A model generated the notes under the pieces. The model was not told where the DNA came from and made no database searches. It saw only the letters and a list, made by a program, of their open reading frames with translations. A stretch of DNA of 64,000 bases from the NCBI RefSeq assembly GCF_000150275.1, contig NW_002060944.1, positions 499,614 to 563,613 on the forward strand. Direction: 5' to 3'. Shown here one piece after another: positions 47,967-62,100 of the stretch. The stretch comes from Trichoplax adhaerens (lineage: Eukaryota > Animalia > Placozoa). Each line of letters opens with the position of its first letter. Positions within the stretch are counted from its first letter, which is position 1. A program made the position numbers and the translations under genes.

Positions 47967-49176
47967 AAGATTAAATAGCCATTATATTATGATAATTATG
48001 TTTTTAGTATTAAATGCTTTTGGAATTATTGTAACAATATCCTGCCGTACATACAGTCATCAACCACCAATCCGGCATCTGATCCACAGCTTAAACATTC
48101 TGATTTATATGTATGCTACGGATATGCTAGTTTGTGCTGACTACCTGACAAGTCTTACATCTCAGTCCGTGAATTTGGTAAAAGAAGATTATACATAATT
48201 CAGCTCGATGTTCACCCTTTCATAATTAAGCACATGGTATATCCTTAATAAACTCTGTTTTAATAGAAACTGTACGTTTGATAATTATAATATAAGTGTT
48301 TCTCAGATAGTATACTAGTATGTACTCAATGAAAGTCTTAACTGCTAATATTGTTTAGTAATTGTGTTTTAAGTTACAAAAAACTTCGTTATCGCACTGA
48401 CTCTTTCTTGTTCAGATTGCGTCACTGCTAGTGTAAGTAGCGCCAACGTTTACGAGTATTTTCATCTGTAGAAATCCATTCGTGTTATTGTTTTATTATT
48501 ACACGCCTACATCAGTTGGCGCCAATATTCATTTCCAAAGTCGTAATGTCTTATAATTTTAATTAACAAAAAATTATGTTATATCCTAGTTGTAGCTGTA
48601 ACATTAAAACTCTTAGTGGTACACCAAATAGTAAGATAAAAAGTTTGGTAATTTATTGCAATAAATGCAATGCATACCTTCACTATGATATAACCTTGGC
48701 ATAGAATTTTGAAAATGGATACTTAATAGTCAATAAAAAGCTCTATTATATCGCGAATAAGATCGTATCATTCTTAAACAAAAGTTTTTAACTTTAATCA
48801 AAGTCAATTTCTTTGCCTAATAGTTGTAGGTAACTGAAATTTGTACATCTTAGAGAGAACATTGATAACATTTACAAGTTGTTAAAACACACAAATATCA
48901 TATATTATCTTCATCAAAATTTGAAATCTAATATTAATAGTACAGTCATAAAGGATATCGGAAAAATAATTCAAGTACTTCATTTATAGATAAATATCTC
49001 TAATCAAATAAGTTTTGAGGTAATCAAGTTTGTCATTTACGGCTGCGTGGTTTGTAACAGCAATGATAATGAGGTTCTTTTGCCAATAATCCTTCAAAGC
49101 AGAACGATAGCATTTTAAATTTACTAATCTAACTTTCATCTCAGATGGGTCATAGTAAGAATGCAAACTATGATAC

Positions 49177-52100
49177 TTACCCCTGACTCTCTGATTGCAA
49201 TGCAGGATTAAGTACGGCCGAAGCAACACTACGTAGGCAAGTTTTAAATATCAGTGATGTAGAATATCAAAATTAACAAGTTTGCATATTGGCAAATTAT
49301 CACTTACTTTGGTAATTGCAGTAATTTTACTAATTCGTTAGCTCTGTTGATGATAAATTCATTGCTATTACCATTTTTGGGCTGCGTTGACTTAAGATAA
49401 TAATCAAAATGAATAAAATCGCAGTTAGTTCACGAAAGAGAGGAAAGGTACAGTGCAATACCGCAGCCAATACAGCATGAAATTTCAAATCCTAATATTT
49501 TCGGTACAAGATCAAGATTTAAGACTTTGCAGAATTTATTTACATAATACTTTCCAATCTTCATTAAGCAAATCTGCGCTCGTTGGATGGTATCGCATCT
49601 AGAGGATAACTAGATAATCGTAACATATAATAGATAATAATTAACATATCGAAGCAGATGCATAATTTCTACTTAAGTAGCAGATAATAAAATAATGCTG
49701 TACTAAAACGTAGGTAAACATTTGATACGAACTAGATTAATAATACACATGTATGAATGAAAATAACTTTCTAATGTGAAATTAAACATAGAATATCTAA
49801 TGGCTATTGAGTTTCTAATTATGCCTTCAAAAAGTACCTTTGCTAAACATGTCATAAGCAACGTCACGAATCTTGCAGTAAACTTTTTCTAAACACATGA
49901 AGACAATTAAATAAATTCTAAATTCTAAATATAATTATTAAGAAACGTAATCGTAAATAATTCTGATAACAGTGCACCATATTGTAACTACTAACCGAGT
50001 CTCCAGCATGATTCAGGCAAACTTCATATGATAAGCTTTCAATACACTATTTAAAGATTTAAAGATTCCGACAAAATGTATAAATTCGGGAAACGGTACT
50101 AACGAATTTGAATGACAATAAATCTAAGCAGGTATTTAATCCAGATTTATTATCACTAGCAGATTCAGAATACTGAGAAAAAATAAATAAGGATGTAAAT
50201 TGACGAACTTCGTAATAAACCAGAACGCATTCTTTCGTACACTTGATGTAATATTGGGAAGAAGAATATTCACCAATAATCCATATCTAATAAATTAATA
50301 GTTTAAATTTATATTACACCAAGGACCTGAGTGCAAACCAACTATATTAAGTGATAGTGAAAACATAGTAGTGTAATACAAAAATTACGGTATATAATTC
50401 TTACCATATGCATATATAGTTCATTTTCAATGTTGAGAGCATGTTTCGATTGACTAATGTAGTCTAAAATCTCTGCTTGACGATCAACAACAATCCTTGG
50501 ATATTGCTTGCATAAAATTAAAATTTGAGCTGAAAAGACCCTTCAAGTAATATAAAATAAAAGCGACTATAAGTTATCTATTTTCTAAATCACATTAACC
50601 TCTGAAAACTTACTCTAGCACATTCTCTTGATATTGTCTGATCTGGTATAATTGAACAGATCTTTCTATTATAGCGGGAAACAGATCGTGTATAATTTCA
50701 TAACTTGCTTTTTCCATAATAACTTTGAAGAAGACACTGGTGAATTTGATGAAATAAAATAAAAGCATCGCCAATTGAGATTTCCTTTCTTTTAATAAGT
50801 TACAATGCTAAACGACGAAATCTTGTCATCACTCTAGAGAATTAATTGCTTACTTTAATAGAATAGGTACACACTGTGAACAGACAGAAATCCGTGGATG
50901 CGTAGAGAACTTTTCTAGTACGTCATGTAATGTATTTAGCCTTTTATACATATAAAGATAACATATTAGGATGCAAATAATTTCTTGCATAATAATTTTT
51001 TGACGTGCTTACTTATTAATGGTATCGCCTTTACCACTGCAACATCTCAGGATAAAGGAGAGAATAGGCTCAAATGTAGGAGATATGACAACGCCAAAAT
51101 CAAAAGCTGTTTTGGTTGGTAAAGTTCTTCCACTTGCAATTAAAACTTGGGCTAGCAAACGTAACTCAAAAGTTAGTAAATTTTACAGTGGTTGTGTACT
51201 AGATACAGCACGATAATTACAATCATTTTATTACAATACCTTGTTGATGCATGTGCTTAGCCTCTAAGGCCGCAGATACACACGGTAAATCAATAATGGT
51301 ATGGAGCATCTACATAAGCAACATATATTCCATTATATTACGTAAACAAGAATATGAAATATCGTAAAGAAATGATTATTAGATAAATGGTTTAAATGAC
51401 AATCAACCTCTGTTGCTGTTTTAGCAGAAATCATACTAGGAAGAATTTGTACGTATTCTACGAGATATGTTCTTGGAAACCATGCAAATATCTAGTTTTA
51501 AAAGATAATAAAGCAAACTATTTACTACGGAATACTGTTAAAGTAATATATTAAACAGAATCCAAAATATTTGCAGTATTCTTTAAGAAACCTTTAAAAT
51601 ATTAGGAAAATAACGTGTGAATACTTCTGTATTCGCGCATAACTTTTCTTGGTTTTCAATCAAAAACATAACCACGTCGAAGGCTAAAAAGGAACTGTAA
51701 CGTAGCTCGAGTTAAATATATTGAATAAAATAATCATTTGGTAATTACTAGCATAGCCTACTACAATGCCCTTACTACATGATATTCATAACTTAATTAT
51801 TATTACTTACTTATGAAAGCGTGTATCCAATACTTTAGCAAAAAAAAATTCTAATGCGTCCTTGGTATCGAATACAACAGTGTCACCTTTATAGTTTGTA
51901 AATAAGCAGTCGATTTCATTCGTATATCAGATATACGCTTAAAATACTTAAATGTCTAGGGCCTCCATGCCTTACCGAAATTAATGAAAAATTGAATAAC
52001 AGCCAGTAGCGTCCTCCCCTTATTAACATCTAGTACTTGCTTGTAGATTCTTTTAACTTTGTTGAAAAGGGCGGGAATAGACGACGGATCGCAATCGCAA

Positions 52101-55100
52101 ACATTGTTCATAAGTGTAACCACCTCAACTAAACACTATAAGTTCAAGATTCCAAGATAAGCAATGAAATGCTTTAGCCATCATATAAACTCAGTATATC
52201 TATATACATAAATCAAAATTTATACTTCTATCTTAATAGTTGTCTCCTCACCGAAAATTGTAAAGTAGTATCGACGCTGTTTGTTGCTTCTAAAGTTTAC
52301 AATGTTTGCATAAAATTAGTATTTAGGAATTTTCTTCACTTGCGCTTTCATTATAAATTCATCACACATTTGGAATTACTAAAACATGAGTATGTATTAT
52401 CTTACTCAGTTCACTTTGATCTATCAGTCGTGAACAATACGTCAATATAATGTCTAGTAGTTTATCTCTACGGTTTTTCTTAGGTGTTAATGCAGATGTT
52501 CCGGCCGGCAAATTGGACAGTCGACGAATACTTTGCATTGAATTTTCGATACTACCAGCAGTTGGAGAACTTCTTGACGTTGGAGTTGATGTATTGGAAG
52601 TAAATGCTCTTTCCATATTAGATTGATTCGTTATTAGCCATCTTCGAATTGCAGAAAAGGCGTAAATATTTCGTAATTGGTCTTGAGTGAAAAAAGAAGC
52701 TGTAATAGTAACATAGCGATATAGATTCAATGATTATTGTAAAAATTATTCTATTAGGTACAAAATGGTTCGCAGATAAACCTATACACTTGTAAAGCGG
52801 CAGACTATATCTTATTCTGTATAAGTTTACTAAACCACAATAAAGTTAGGCCTACGAATACGAACTTAAGACAAAAATCTGCTTTTATTACAATATTTAA
52901 AAAGGCCTGTGTAAGCTAGTCTATATTACCAGTGCAAAGAATGGTAAAATTTCCGCGTATTTGGCTTCCATCAATTTCTGTAGGTATCTTATTCTTGTTT
53001 TAAGAATTCAATATGGCATTAGATGTCCATTATAGTATAATTAAAAGCAGCGATTGCACAATAGACTGAAATGTGCCATCAGCTTGTTGTATCGCCCATT
53101 ACCTTCTTGTCTGCTGGTGATCTACCTCGTGCTGATTCTATCGAGGTATCCAATAACCATTGACCGAGGACGCTATTTAATTTCTGAATAAATTCTAGTA
53201 ACATACGTAGATTACCTTCCATTTAATTTTTACTATACGAAATTTGCTAATTATGCATTCCTTCCTTTACAAGATTTATATCAGAGAAGGCGAAAGCATT
53301 TCTTTAATTATATATCTATCGATACCTTCAGTCATGAGTGAAGGGCAACTAGTTGCAATAGAAATGACTGTAGTCATAGCAAGAAGCTGAGCTTCTGAAG
53401 GAGTCTGGATCGTTACCCATCTGTAAGTATGCAATATTAAATTAAAAAAACAAGCAACAGGTACAAAATACTTGTATGGATTAACAACTGTTGATATGCT
53501 ATCTAAGACTCAATTAACTCTATTAAAGTGGAAATAGTCGATTACAATCAATGGGGTATGTAAGATCGTTTATAGCTTTTGATAGCAGTTTTGCAAGTTT
53601 TATAATTAATAAATTTTTACTTGAGAAGGTGTGGCAAATTTTCCGGCCAATAACCTAAATCTTTTCCCTAACATTAAATGATAATAATAAGTCTGTATTT
53701 AATTTCTAGCATTGAAACGAGAGTAAGCTAACATTATATAAGATTTAGTTAGTACAGGAAATGAAAATTTATTGCAAACGTTAGCAATGATCATTAAACA
53801 ACTTATTCGCCATTTATATTGTACAAGTACATATGTCTAAAGCAAGCAAGTGTAAATTAGCGTATAAATTTCAATAGATGAATTTTATTATTTAGCGAAT
53901 TTAAAGTCATTAATCCCTTGACAACCAAAACCGATTAAAAATAATGTACAGTTTTGTTTCACTTTATGAGGTGAATTAACTGTTTACTTCATCATTCATT
54001 CATTTCTAATTCATGAGCACTAAGCACTTCCGATTGTAGGCTATATGTACGAAATTGTCATTCTCATTTTCGGTAAGCTCTGATTCATTTAATCCTATGA
54101 TCAATTTCTGTGTGACCAACCTCAGTTAATAATAACGGCAAAACGTGCAGTACATTCCTTTTATCAAGATTTTGGATACTTCTTAAATTCTGCCAATATC
54201 TAGGAGCTAATTCATTCAGCAGATACGAAGTTGATAAAAGAACGAGATGAGGAGTTTGAGAACTTTCGGTAATAATTTTTAATAAATATGATAATAATTG
54301 ACCAGGAAGCCTGTAAAAGGAAATGGGTCTAAAATTTCATAACTGTTGACAACGAAAAATAATTGATAACTAAATATCAATTGCAACATTAATAGCTAAA
54401 GCAATCACTAATTAACAATGCCTAGCCCTACAATGTACATTGGCCTAATTCATAGCCCACAACTAGCATAGTTAGGCAAAGACGACATCGAAAATAATCT
54501 TGAGTAAAGGAATTCTGAAAGCCGAATGAATTATTTCTTACTCACTTCTTATCTTTGCGAGTCCAAGCTACGATAACATACAGTTGTCGTAGTTTACGTA
54601 TTGAGGCAGAAGGATTGTTATTCTGTCGCAAGACTGTTAATAGTTCTAGAGAAAGTTCTTCTATCTCTTTGTCAGTCCAACCTCTATTTAAAAAGAAAAT
54701 TTTAAGTTGATGTCATCGACTCCATTACTTGATATGTGTATGTATTGGATCATAGACATTAGGATTTAACTTCATATAATCAGTTCTGTTACAGAATACG
54801 AAGAATGATAGATGTCATTTATAAATTGATATACATATGTATTAAACTATTAACATTAGGCTTTTGTATCGAACGAGTAATCCTACTATAGCATATACAT
54901 TTGAGCAGACCCCATCTAATAACTTGACGCATGTACATCATTAGACTTTAAGCCTTGAATAAGTCATTCCATTACATCATAGACATAAGAGTCGATCCCA
55001 TCTAGTAACTTGATACCCGTCTGTAGAAGTACTAAACCATTATCATTAAGCATAAAGCCTAGAATAATCAACCCTAGTACAACCTACACAGTAGAGTAGA

Positions 55101-56399
55101 TCCCTACTAACAACGGTTATCATATTAGCCTCGATGAGCAATTCTCCTATAGCGACACAGCAGAGTAGACGCTTTCTATAACCTGATACGTAGAGCCGAT
55201 TCTTTAATAACTTGATACATGTACTGTATTCGTATGCATGAAACTATTAACATTAAACTTGAAGTCTCGAATAAGTAATCCTCTTGCAACATAGATAGTA
55301 GAGTTGATCATCCTAATAACATGATGTGAGTATGTATTAAACCTATAATAGAATATTAGGCTTAGTCTCGAATAAGCAATCCTATTACAGAATCCATAGT
55401 ATAGCGGATTCCACTGATAACTTGATACGCGTATACTATTAAGCTTTAGCCTCGACTAGGCAATCCTATAATTATAATATACTGTACACAGCAGAGAAGA
55501 TCCTCTCTAATAAACTTGATACACGAACGGTCTGCATTAAACCAATAACATTAGGCTTTAAGCATTCCATAAGCAATCCTATTACAGTAGAGGCAGTAGT
55601 GTAGATCGCATCTAGCAACTTGACGGATATCTGTATCTATCTACAAGTATTAAACTATTATCATTAAGGATTAAACTCAAATAAGTAATGTTACAACAAC
55701 CAACACAGTAGAGTAGATCCCAACGAATAACTTGATACACGTCCTCCCCTAATTCAGATTACCACCTCAAGATCACTGCTCTACTTTACGAGAAGTATAG
55801 TCAATCAAATTAGACATATTCAATATAAGCCTTAAGCCTCGAATGAGCAATCCTATCGCAGCAGCCTACATAGTAGAATAGATTCTATCTTATAATTGAA
55901 TAATAGTAAGCTTTACGCTTCAAATAAGCAATCCTATTGCAGCATAGACAAAAGAGTCATTCCCTTCGAATAACTTGATCCGCTCATATTCAACCATTAA
56001 AGTTTAGATACGCATAAGCAATGTTATCACAATATCCACAGTAGCGTAGATCGTATCAAATAAGGGTTAGCAATACTCATTCACGACCTTCATAGATCCC
56101 TAATTTAGATTATTACTAGAAGATCGCTGATCTCTACCGTACTAATACTATAGTCATAAGAATCAGAAATGTTATGATAAATAAATTGTTGTCATGTTTA
56201 TCCACCCTATTGGCCTCTCCATTCTAATCAAGAAATCGATCAAAACAATCGCAAATCAACCATCTAACATTTCAGTCTACATCCATATTCATCATCAATG
56301 CTATTTTCAAGTTCTACAGCAACATGCATACCTTGCTTTTTGAAATGCAGCATCCACATTGGAGACGATCGCAGAATCGACATTTTGTACTGAAGCCAT
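49177..56399 (-). CDS. AP5Z1: AP-5 complex subunit zeta-1 (SPG48 family), multi-exon; C-terminal end uncertain
   Basis: Exon 1 56399-56332 (MASVQ...AAFQKAR); ~54684-54546 (WTDKEIEELS...LRQLYVIV); FFTQDQLRNIYAFSAIRRWL; YCSRLIDQS; CLVEVVTLMNNVCDCDPS; VFAWFPRTYL...LPSMISAKTATE-MLHTIIDLPCVSAAL; INRANELVKLLQLPNVASAVL. Confidence 0.85.
54700..56060. repeat. Diverged tandem array (~90-120 bp units) in AP5Z1 intron 1
   Basis: Recurring 'taaactattaacattaggctt...ctcgaataagcaatcctattacag...agtagagtagatcc...taataacttgatac' about a dozen times. Confidence 0.8.
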
Positions 56400-56652
56400 G
56401 GCGAAGAAGGAGTTCAATGAGCAGGAAATGGAGGATTGATGTCGTCATGGGTACAGTATGGTCCAGTATGTCACACGCTTGCTGTTGTTATAGTCCTACT
56501 GTACCTATGACATTGCGGAGTGTTTTCAGTATCAATACTGTCTAATGCCTTACAGTACTCTAATGTCACTCTTGACTAGAGCTCTATACTGTGCTCAGTA
56601 TACCGTAGAAATCAGAGATTGCTATAGTCTATATCCAAATAACAAGCAATGT

Positions 56653-57077
56653 AATCCAATTTCGGAAGCCTCATTACGACACTAGTGGTTTAATAATGTA
56701 GCTATTAGATCATGGCACACATCTATAATATCTAATATTATTTGCAAGCACAGACTGTGCTCTTTAAACCTGTTCGATGTAAAAGAAAGCTTTTCTTTAA
56801 CATGAATATGTTTTTTTTCTCCGTCTATATCCGAACCTGTCAACGAAGGAAAAATTAGAGATGGATTGAATATACAAGACTTATTAGTTAGTCTTATTCG
56901 GTGATACTTTCCATGTTTATATCAAACTTTTATTTAGTATCCAAAGGGAATATAACATCTATTGCATATTTTGCACATTGTAATATTAGATTTCAATCAT
57001 TAAAATAGCTCTAGCAAGTGTGGCATATATAAGTTGTATGTATAACAATATAACATATATGTATATTTCATAATCAA

Positions 57078-57110
<33 letters not shown>

Positions 57111-58080
57111 GGAGGTTATACCCAACCTTTGTACCTGGGTGTATATATACGAGAAAAAAAAATAAATGCGCGCTGGCTGAAATTTCTGAGGTTTTACATC
57201 GCAAATACATGCTACTGCTACTATAAATAGTCGATATAACAATCCAATTTCGGATGCCTCACTACAACATTATTGATTTAATGTAGTGATTAATTCATAG
57301 CCCACACATCTACAATACTTAATAATATTTACAAGCACAGAGTGCGCTATTCAAATCAATAAAGGCGAAAGAAAAGCTTTTTTCAACATGCACTAGTACA
57401 AACTCCCGTCGCTTTGCTGACGGTTTACGATAATGTGCTCATTTAACAGATAGTATTACCATTTGATAGACCTGTCAGAAGTTCAGTAACTTTATACCGT
57501 GTACTGCATGCTGTACAAATGTACAGTACCTTTCAACCTCATAAAGACTAGATATGGGATGTAAAATATAGCACATATGAAAGACATCAGACATATAATC
57601 ATGGATGAATTTGCTTGAATCAATTTCGGACTTTTGAAGTTTTAATTTGATAAAAATAATATTTACTGTAGTACTGTAACGTTAGTATTAACTGTGAGTA
57701 AGTGATTAATTGCGTAGTGAAAAGTACAAGTATGGTACAAGAAATAAAACGATCGAGGGTTCTACATGTTAATATATAGTAAAAGCACAAGTATATACAG
57801 ACTGTATAGAGTATTTGAAATAGAATGAGTTTAAGCTCTACTAGTTCTGCTTCATTTGGTAGCTATCATAATTGCTTACAGTAGATTGTAAGGATTGCAC
57901 CAATTTATCTAATACTGTAACTTAAGGTGGTAAACTAGACTGTACTACGTTTGTTGTAGCTAGTATTCAGCGATTCCTTAAATGTCCGTAGCACTTTTTT
58001 ATTTAGTATCCAATAGGGATCATAGCATATACTGCATATCTTGCATGTAGCAAAATTATATTTCAATCTTTAAAACAGCT
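56653..58080. repeat. Diverged direct duplication in the AP5Z1-TRPA intergenic region
   Basis: ~56653-56803 resembles 57241-57390 (aatccaatttcgga.gcctca...caagcacaga...aaagctttt); ~56927-57010 resembles ~57995-58080 (ttttatttagtatccaa...tttcaatc.ttaaaa.agct). Confidence 0.75.
57084..57110. repeat. (TA)n microsatellite
   Basis: About 13 TA units. Confidence 0.95.
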
Positions 58081-59114
58081 GCATACACAATGAATCCTCT
58101 TTAATGCTATCATGAATACGAGTAATGAATAAAAATATTAATATGAATACCGTCTTGTGGAGGATAATCATGGTTACAACAGATTTTTTCAGCCAACATT
58201 TAAAATGAGCTGAACAAAAAATACATGTTTATAAAAACAATTAATTCTATCTGATCTTCATCAGAGCGTTTTGATCCGTATAATAAGCGTATAGATCGTA
58301 GTGGTGATGAGAGACATAAGAAAAAGACAATCAGGATTACCGAAGTAAAATGATTTGGTCTATTATGAATATTATAGAATAAACATCACCATACTAGAAT
58401 TAGTATAAATAGTAGAAGTCCACTTCAAGTTTTTTTCTTCAATATCAGTCATTATGAATAAGTCACAGTGAAAGCTAGTTGATCGAAATTGAAAAATTCT
58501 AATTCAAGTGACGAAGTGTATTGCATATAAGTATGGCATGTACAGTGAAAATGGCTTTCAAACTGTTCATTAAAGTTATTATACACGTGTGACAATTAAT
58601 TAATTATTACGTCATCAATGATATAATTTTGTTGAGTAATGAATCATATGTTAGCACCTAGCCATTAATTAACTAATATTAAATGTCATAGAAAGTGTGT
58701 TGTGATTCTTGCTACATTTAGCATGTAGATTTGGCTATAAATTTATCATTGTATTGCACCAACGAAGTTTGTGAGACTATATAAAAGCCTCAAAGTTGTT
58801 AATTGAGAGAGTTGATAAGTTAGTTGATAACAGATGGTTATCAGTGGTTAGCAGTAGATTGTAAGTTGTGAGTTCAATAGGATATTTTAATAAATAGCTT
58901 TTAGGATAAAGTTTGATTCTTGGCGTGAGTATTCTATCGTCGAAGACTCGAATCTAATTTTGGTAGATTAAAGAGTGCTTAGGATTAGTTGCTTAGATAG
59001 TTAAGACTACTTTAAAGGAAAGAATCCCGTTAATTTTTGTGTTGCAATTTCGGTTGCAACAACACGGCTTGTAATATATCTAACATAAGATGAAAGACAA
59101 GAATTGTTGATTTA

Positions 59115-62100
59115 TTATGCTGAAGAATCTCTTTCAGCCATTTGATTTAATTTTCCTCTCATTTCAGAGCTGATTTTCAGTAAGTGATTCATTTGATTCG
59201 CCATCATTTCCATGCTGAAATTGAAATGATAATTTAACGTTAATGAACTGATAGTAATCTAAGGTACAATTTGATTAATCTGTCTGTTTATACTATTAAG
59301 ATAAGTTATAGCCTTCTACTTTATACATTAAGAATGAAAAATATCCTTAGAATTAAATATTATACAGGTAACTCTGTTCATTCATACCCTCTCTCTTGAT
59401 TGGATACAATTTCTCTCAAATCACGCAATTCGTTTTCTACTGTATTGCTTTCTTCCACTTCAGTCACATCTTGGTTTTGGTAGAAATGATTTTGAAGCTA
59501 GAAAGGGTATAATTTAAATTTCTGAGTAATTTTATTAAGCTCTATATCAATCACTATAACATATCCTATATTTCAAAACTAATCATATCCAATCTAGTTT
59601 AAGATACTATCAAGCCATCCTCTACAAACTTATCCATAAATTACGATGGATAAAAGCAATAACCAATACTAACTCTAGTCAGTAATCCCAGCGCTTTTTT
59701 TTCCTCTTTACTGATATAAAATTTCTTCCTCAGCACGTATGGTAGTGCATTTTCAACTTGATCTATGAATTGCACTTGAATTTTCAAACGACTAAGAACG
59801 GCATTTCTTTCAATTTTATCGATATCGCCTACGGCTAAACCAACCTATGGCACAACGGTATAATTAATCTGATTAATGAATGACTGCTAAATGAGTACCA
59901 AACTCCGGTGGTAGATTGATTATGGCATAGTAGCAAAATATCAGTAGTAGTCATCAAAACATGATTCATCTATTCTGCATTTTATTTACCATAAGATTCA
60001 TGGCTGCGATAGGCATGACCACCGCGACGATAATCAAAAAGACAAAGGCAAGAATATTAAAGGGATACATGGTTAGATGTCCATTAACTGGGTTAAAGAA
60101 GACTTCTATATAATCTAATTCTCCCAGCATCATATCGAAAACTTTGAGGAAAGAATATGGTGCGGTTTTGAAAGGATTCTGTTATGATTGTCAGAAAAAA
60201 ACATATCTCTTAGCAGCTTATTAACAAAGATTAAATCATTCTTATAGAAATGTAACTTCAAACATTTATTTACCAGATGGCCCAGGATAATATGAAAGCT
60301 GAGTCCAAATGCGACTATTAGGAATATCAACATCACTCCCACCTAGCGATCATGGATGCAAATAGAATCATTAGAAGAATCAATCTTTAAAAAAATCATC
60401 ACTTAAACAATATCCATTTTACGCGCGGTCAATGATGGTTTGCAATCGATGAAATAGCGTCATGGCAATATCCATGTATCATTAACCTACCTTAGCAATG
60501 GTAAACAAGACCGATTGCAGCATAGCCACATAGATACCGAAGGTAGGTAATCTAGATTGATTAAAATGGTTCTCAGCATAATTCAATTTAATGGCTATTA
60601 TTATACTAGTCGGTACAGCTACGCGACATTAGGGGTACTATTCCACTCAAAATTCAGCCAATAATTTAGATCTATAAGCCTTATAGCTATTTCTCTAATG
60701 GTTATTATTATAAAAATAGATACATTCCATTTAAAATCCAGTCAACACTTGGACCTGTATGCTTTATAGCTACGGTAGCTGCGGTATCTATTTTCCCGAG
60801 ATAGAATACTAGTGGTAGTTTATCGTAACAACTCATTCTACTTTATACCTAGAATGACTAAAAATGTAAGTCTAAAAGACTTTTACTACATCATCGGGAA
60901 TATCTTGGGGAAGGTTGAAAATGAAAGGATTTAAAATGTTCCCATTTACAGTGATATTATCGTAAAAATAGTAATAAAAGCTGACGTTAACATTGTCGAC
61001 CAATTTGGTATGGATTAAAACAAATTATAGTAGTGTTATTATAGAATGGAAGACTCAAGCTATGCAATCAAGTAGGATCAAATATCTTACCTTTTAAGAT
61101 AGACTATTAGATTGCACCAAGTTAGGCAAACATTGATGCTGCCTATAGCCCACTGAGTAACGTCAGGATCTCCTCCAGGTGGAACAGAAAACGTGATGGC
61201 GGTTATGTACATAAATAATTCAATATAATTGGAATAGGATAGGAAGTAGGATAACCTCTGCCAAGAAAAGAAAAGAGAAGACAATCAGTAACAACATTTT
61301 TCGATATATTGTCGTTTACTGCAGAAAAACCTAATCGATAGCATTAAACTGGATGTGAGAGCACTGGTAAAGTGATGGTCGATAAATTACTTTTAAAGAT
61401 ACCTGGCGCAACATTTGGGCAACTTCTGTCAGTAAATTGACGGAAGTAAAGATGAGGATGATCAGCTGAGCAACGAAAAGATCTGGCCTTGAAGTCTAAA
61501 ATAGTATTTGAAGATGGCGTGATTAACTGATGTTCAAAAGGCAATCCTTTTCGTTATTTAATTAAGCAGAGCAATAGTCTTAAATCCTTATCAATATCGC
61601 TTAAAGAAGTAAACTTACAATTGTAAAATAATATTCTGTAAAGGTCTCATTTCCGATCATATATGTATATGAAGTGAAACCAGTACCAGAAAGATCATTA
61701 GTGCTAGACGAGCTTGTAGAAGTAAGATATGTAACGATATTGCCCTCTGGACGCAAAGCGATAATGTAATAGGTTAAAGCACCCACGAATAAGAGGTAAA
61801 GAATCAGATTGCTAAAATAAATTGGGATGCCGAATGTGCGCCTGCAGGTTTGAATAAAATCAAAAATAAAGAATAAATTTAAGGTGCGTGAATAAAAGTT
61901 TTTAAGATGCTATTTTAAATGGTTAAAATCAACAATTTTATCATGTTTAAGTATAAATAAATTATCAACATACGATATTACATTACTGTATTATCATTTA
62001 GCTTAAGTCTGCTAAGAGCATTAAAATAGAAACTTTTTAAGTGGTTAAAATCAACCGTTTTAGAATGGTCATACCTAAATCGATTATCAAAATACGATAT

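Noticed and set aside
57391-57402. CACTAGTACAAA as a CACTA transposon terminus
   Set aside because: No matching right terminal repeat or target-site duplication, and similarity to the duplicate copy seems to continue past it.
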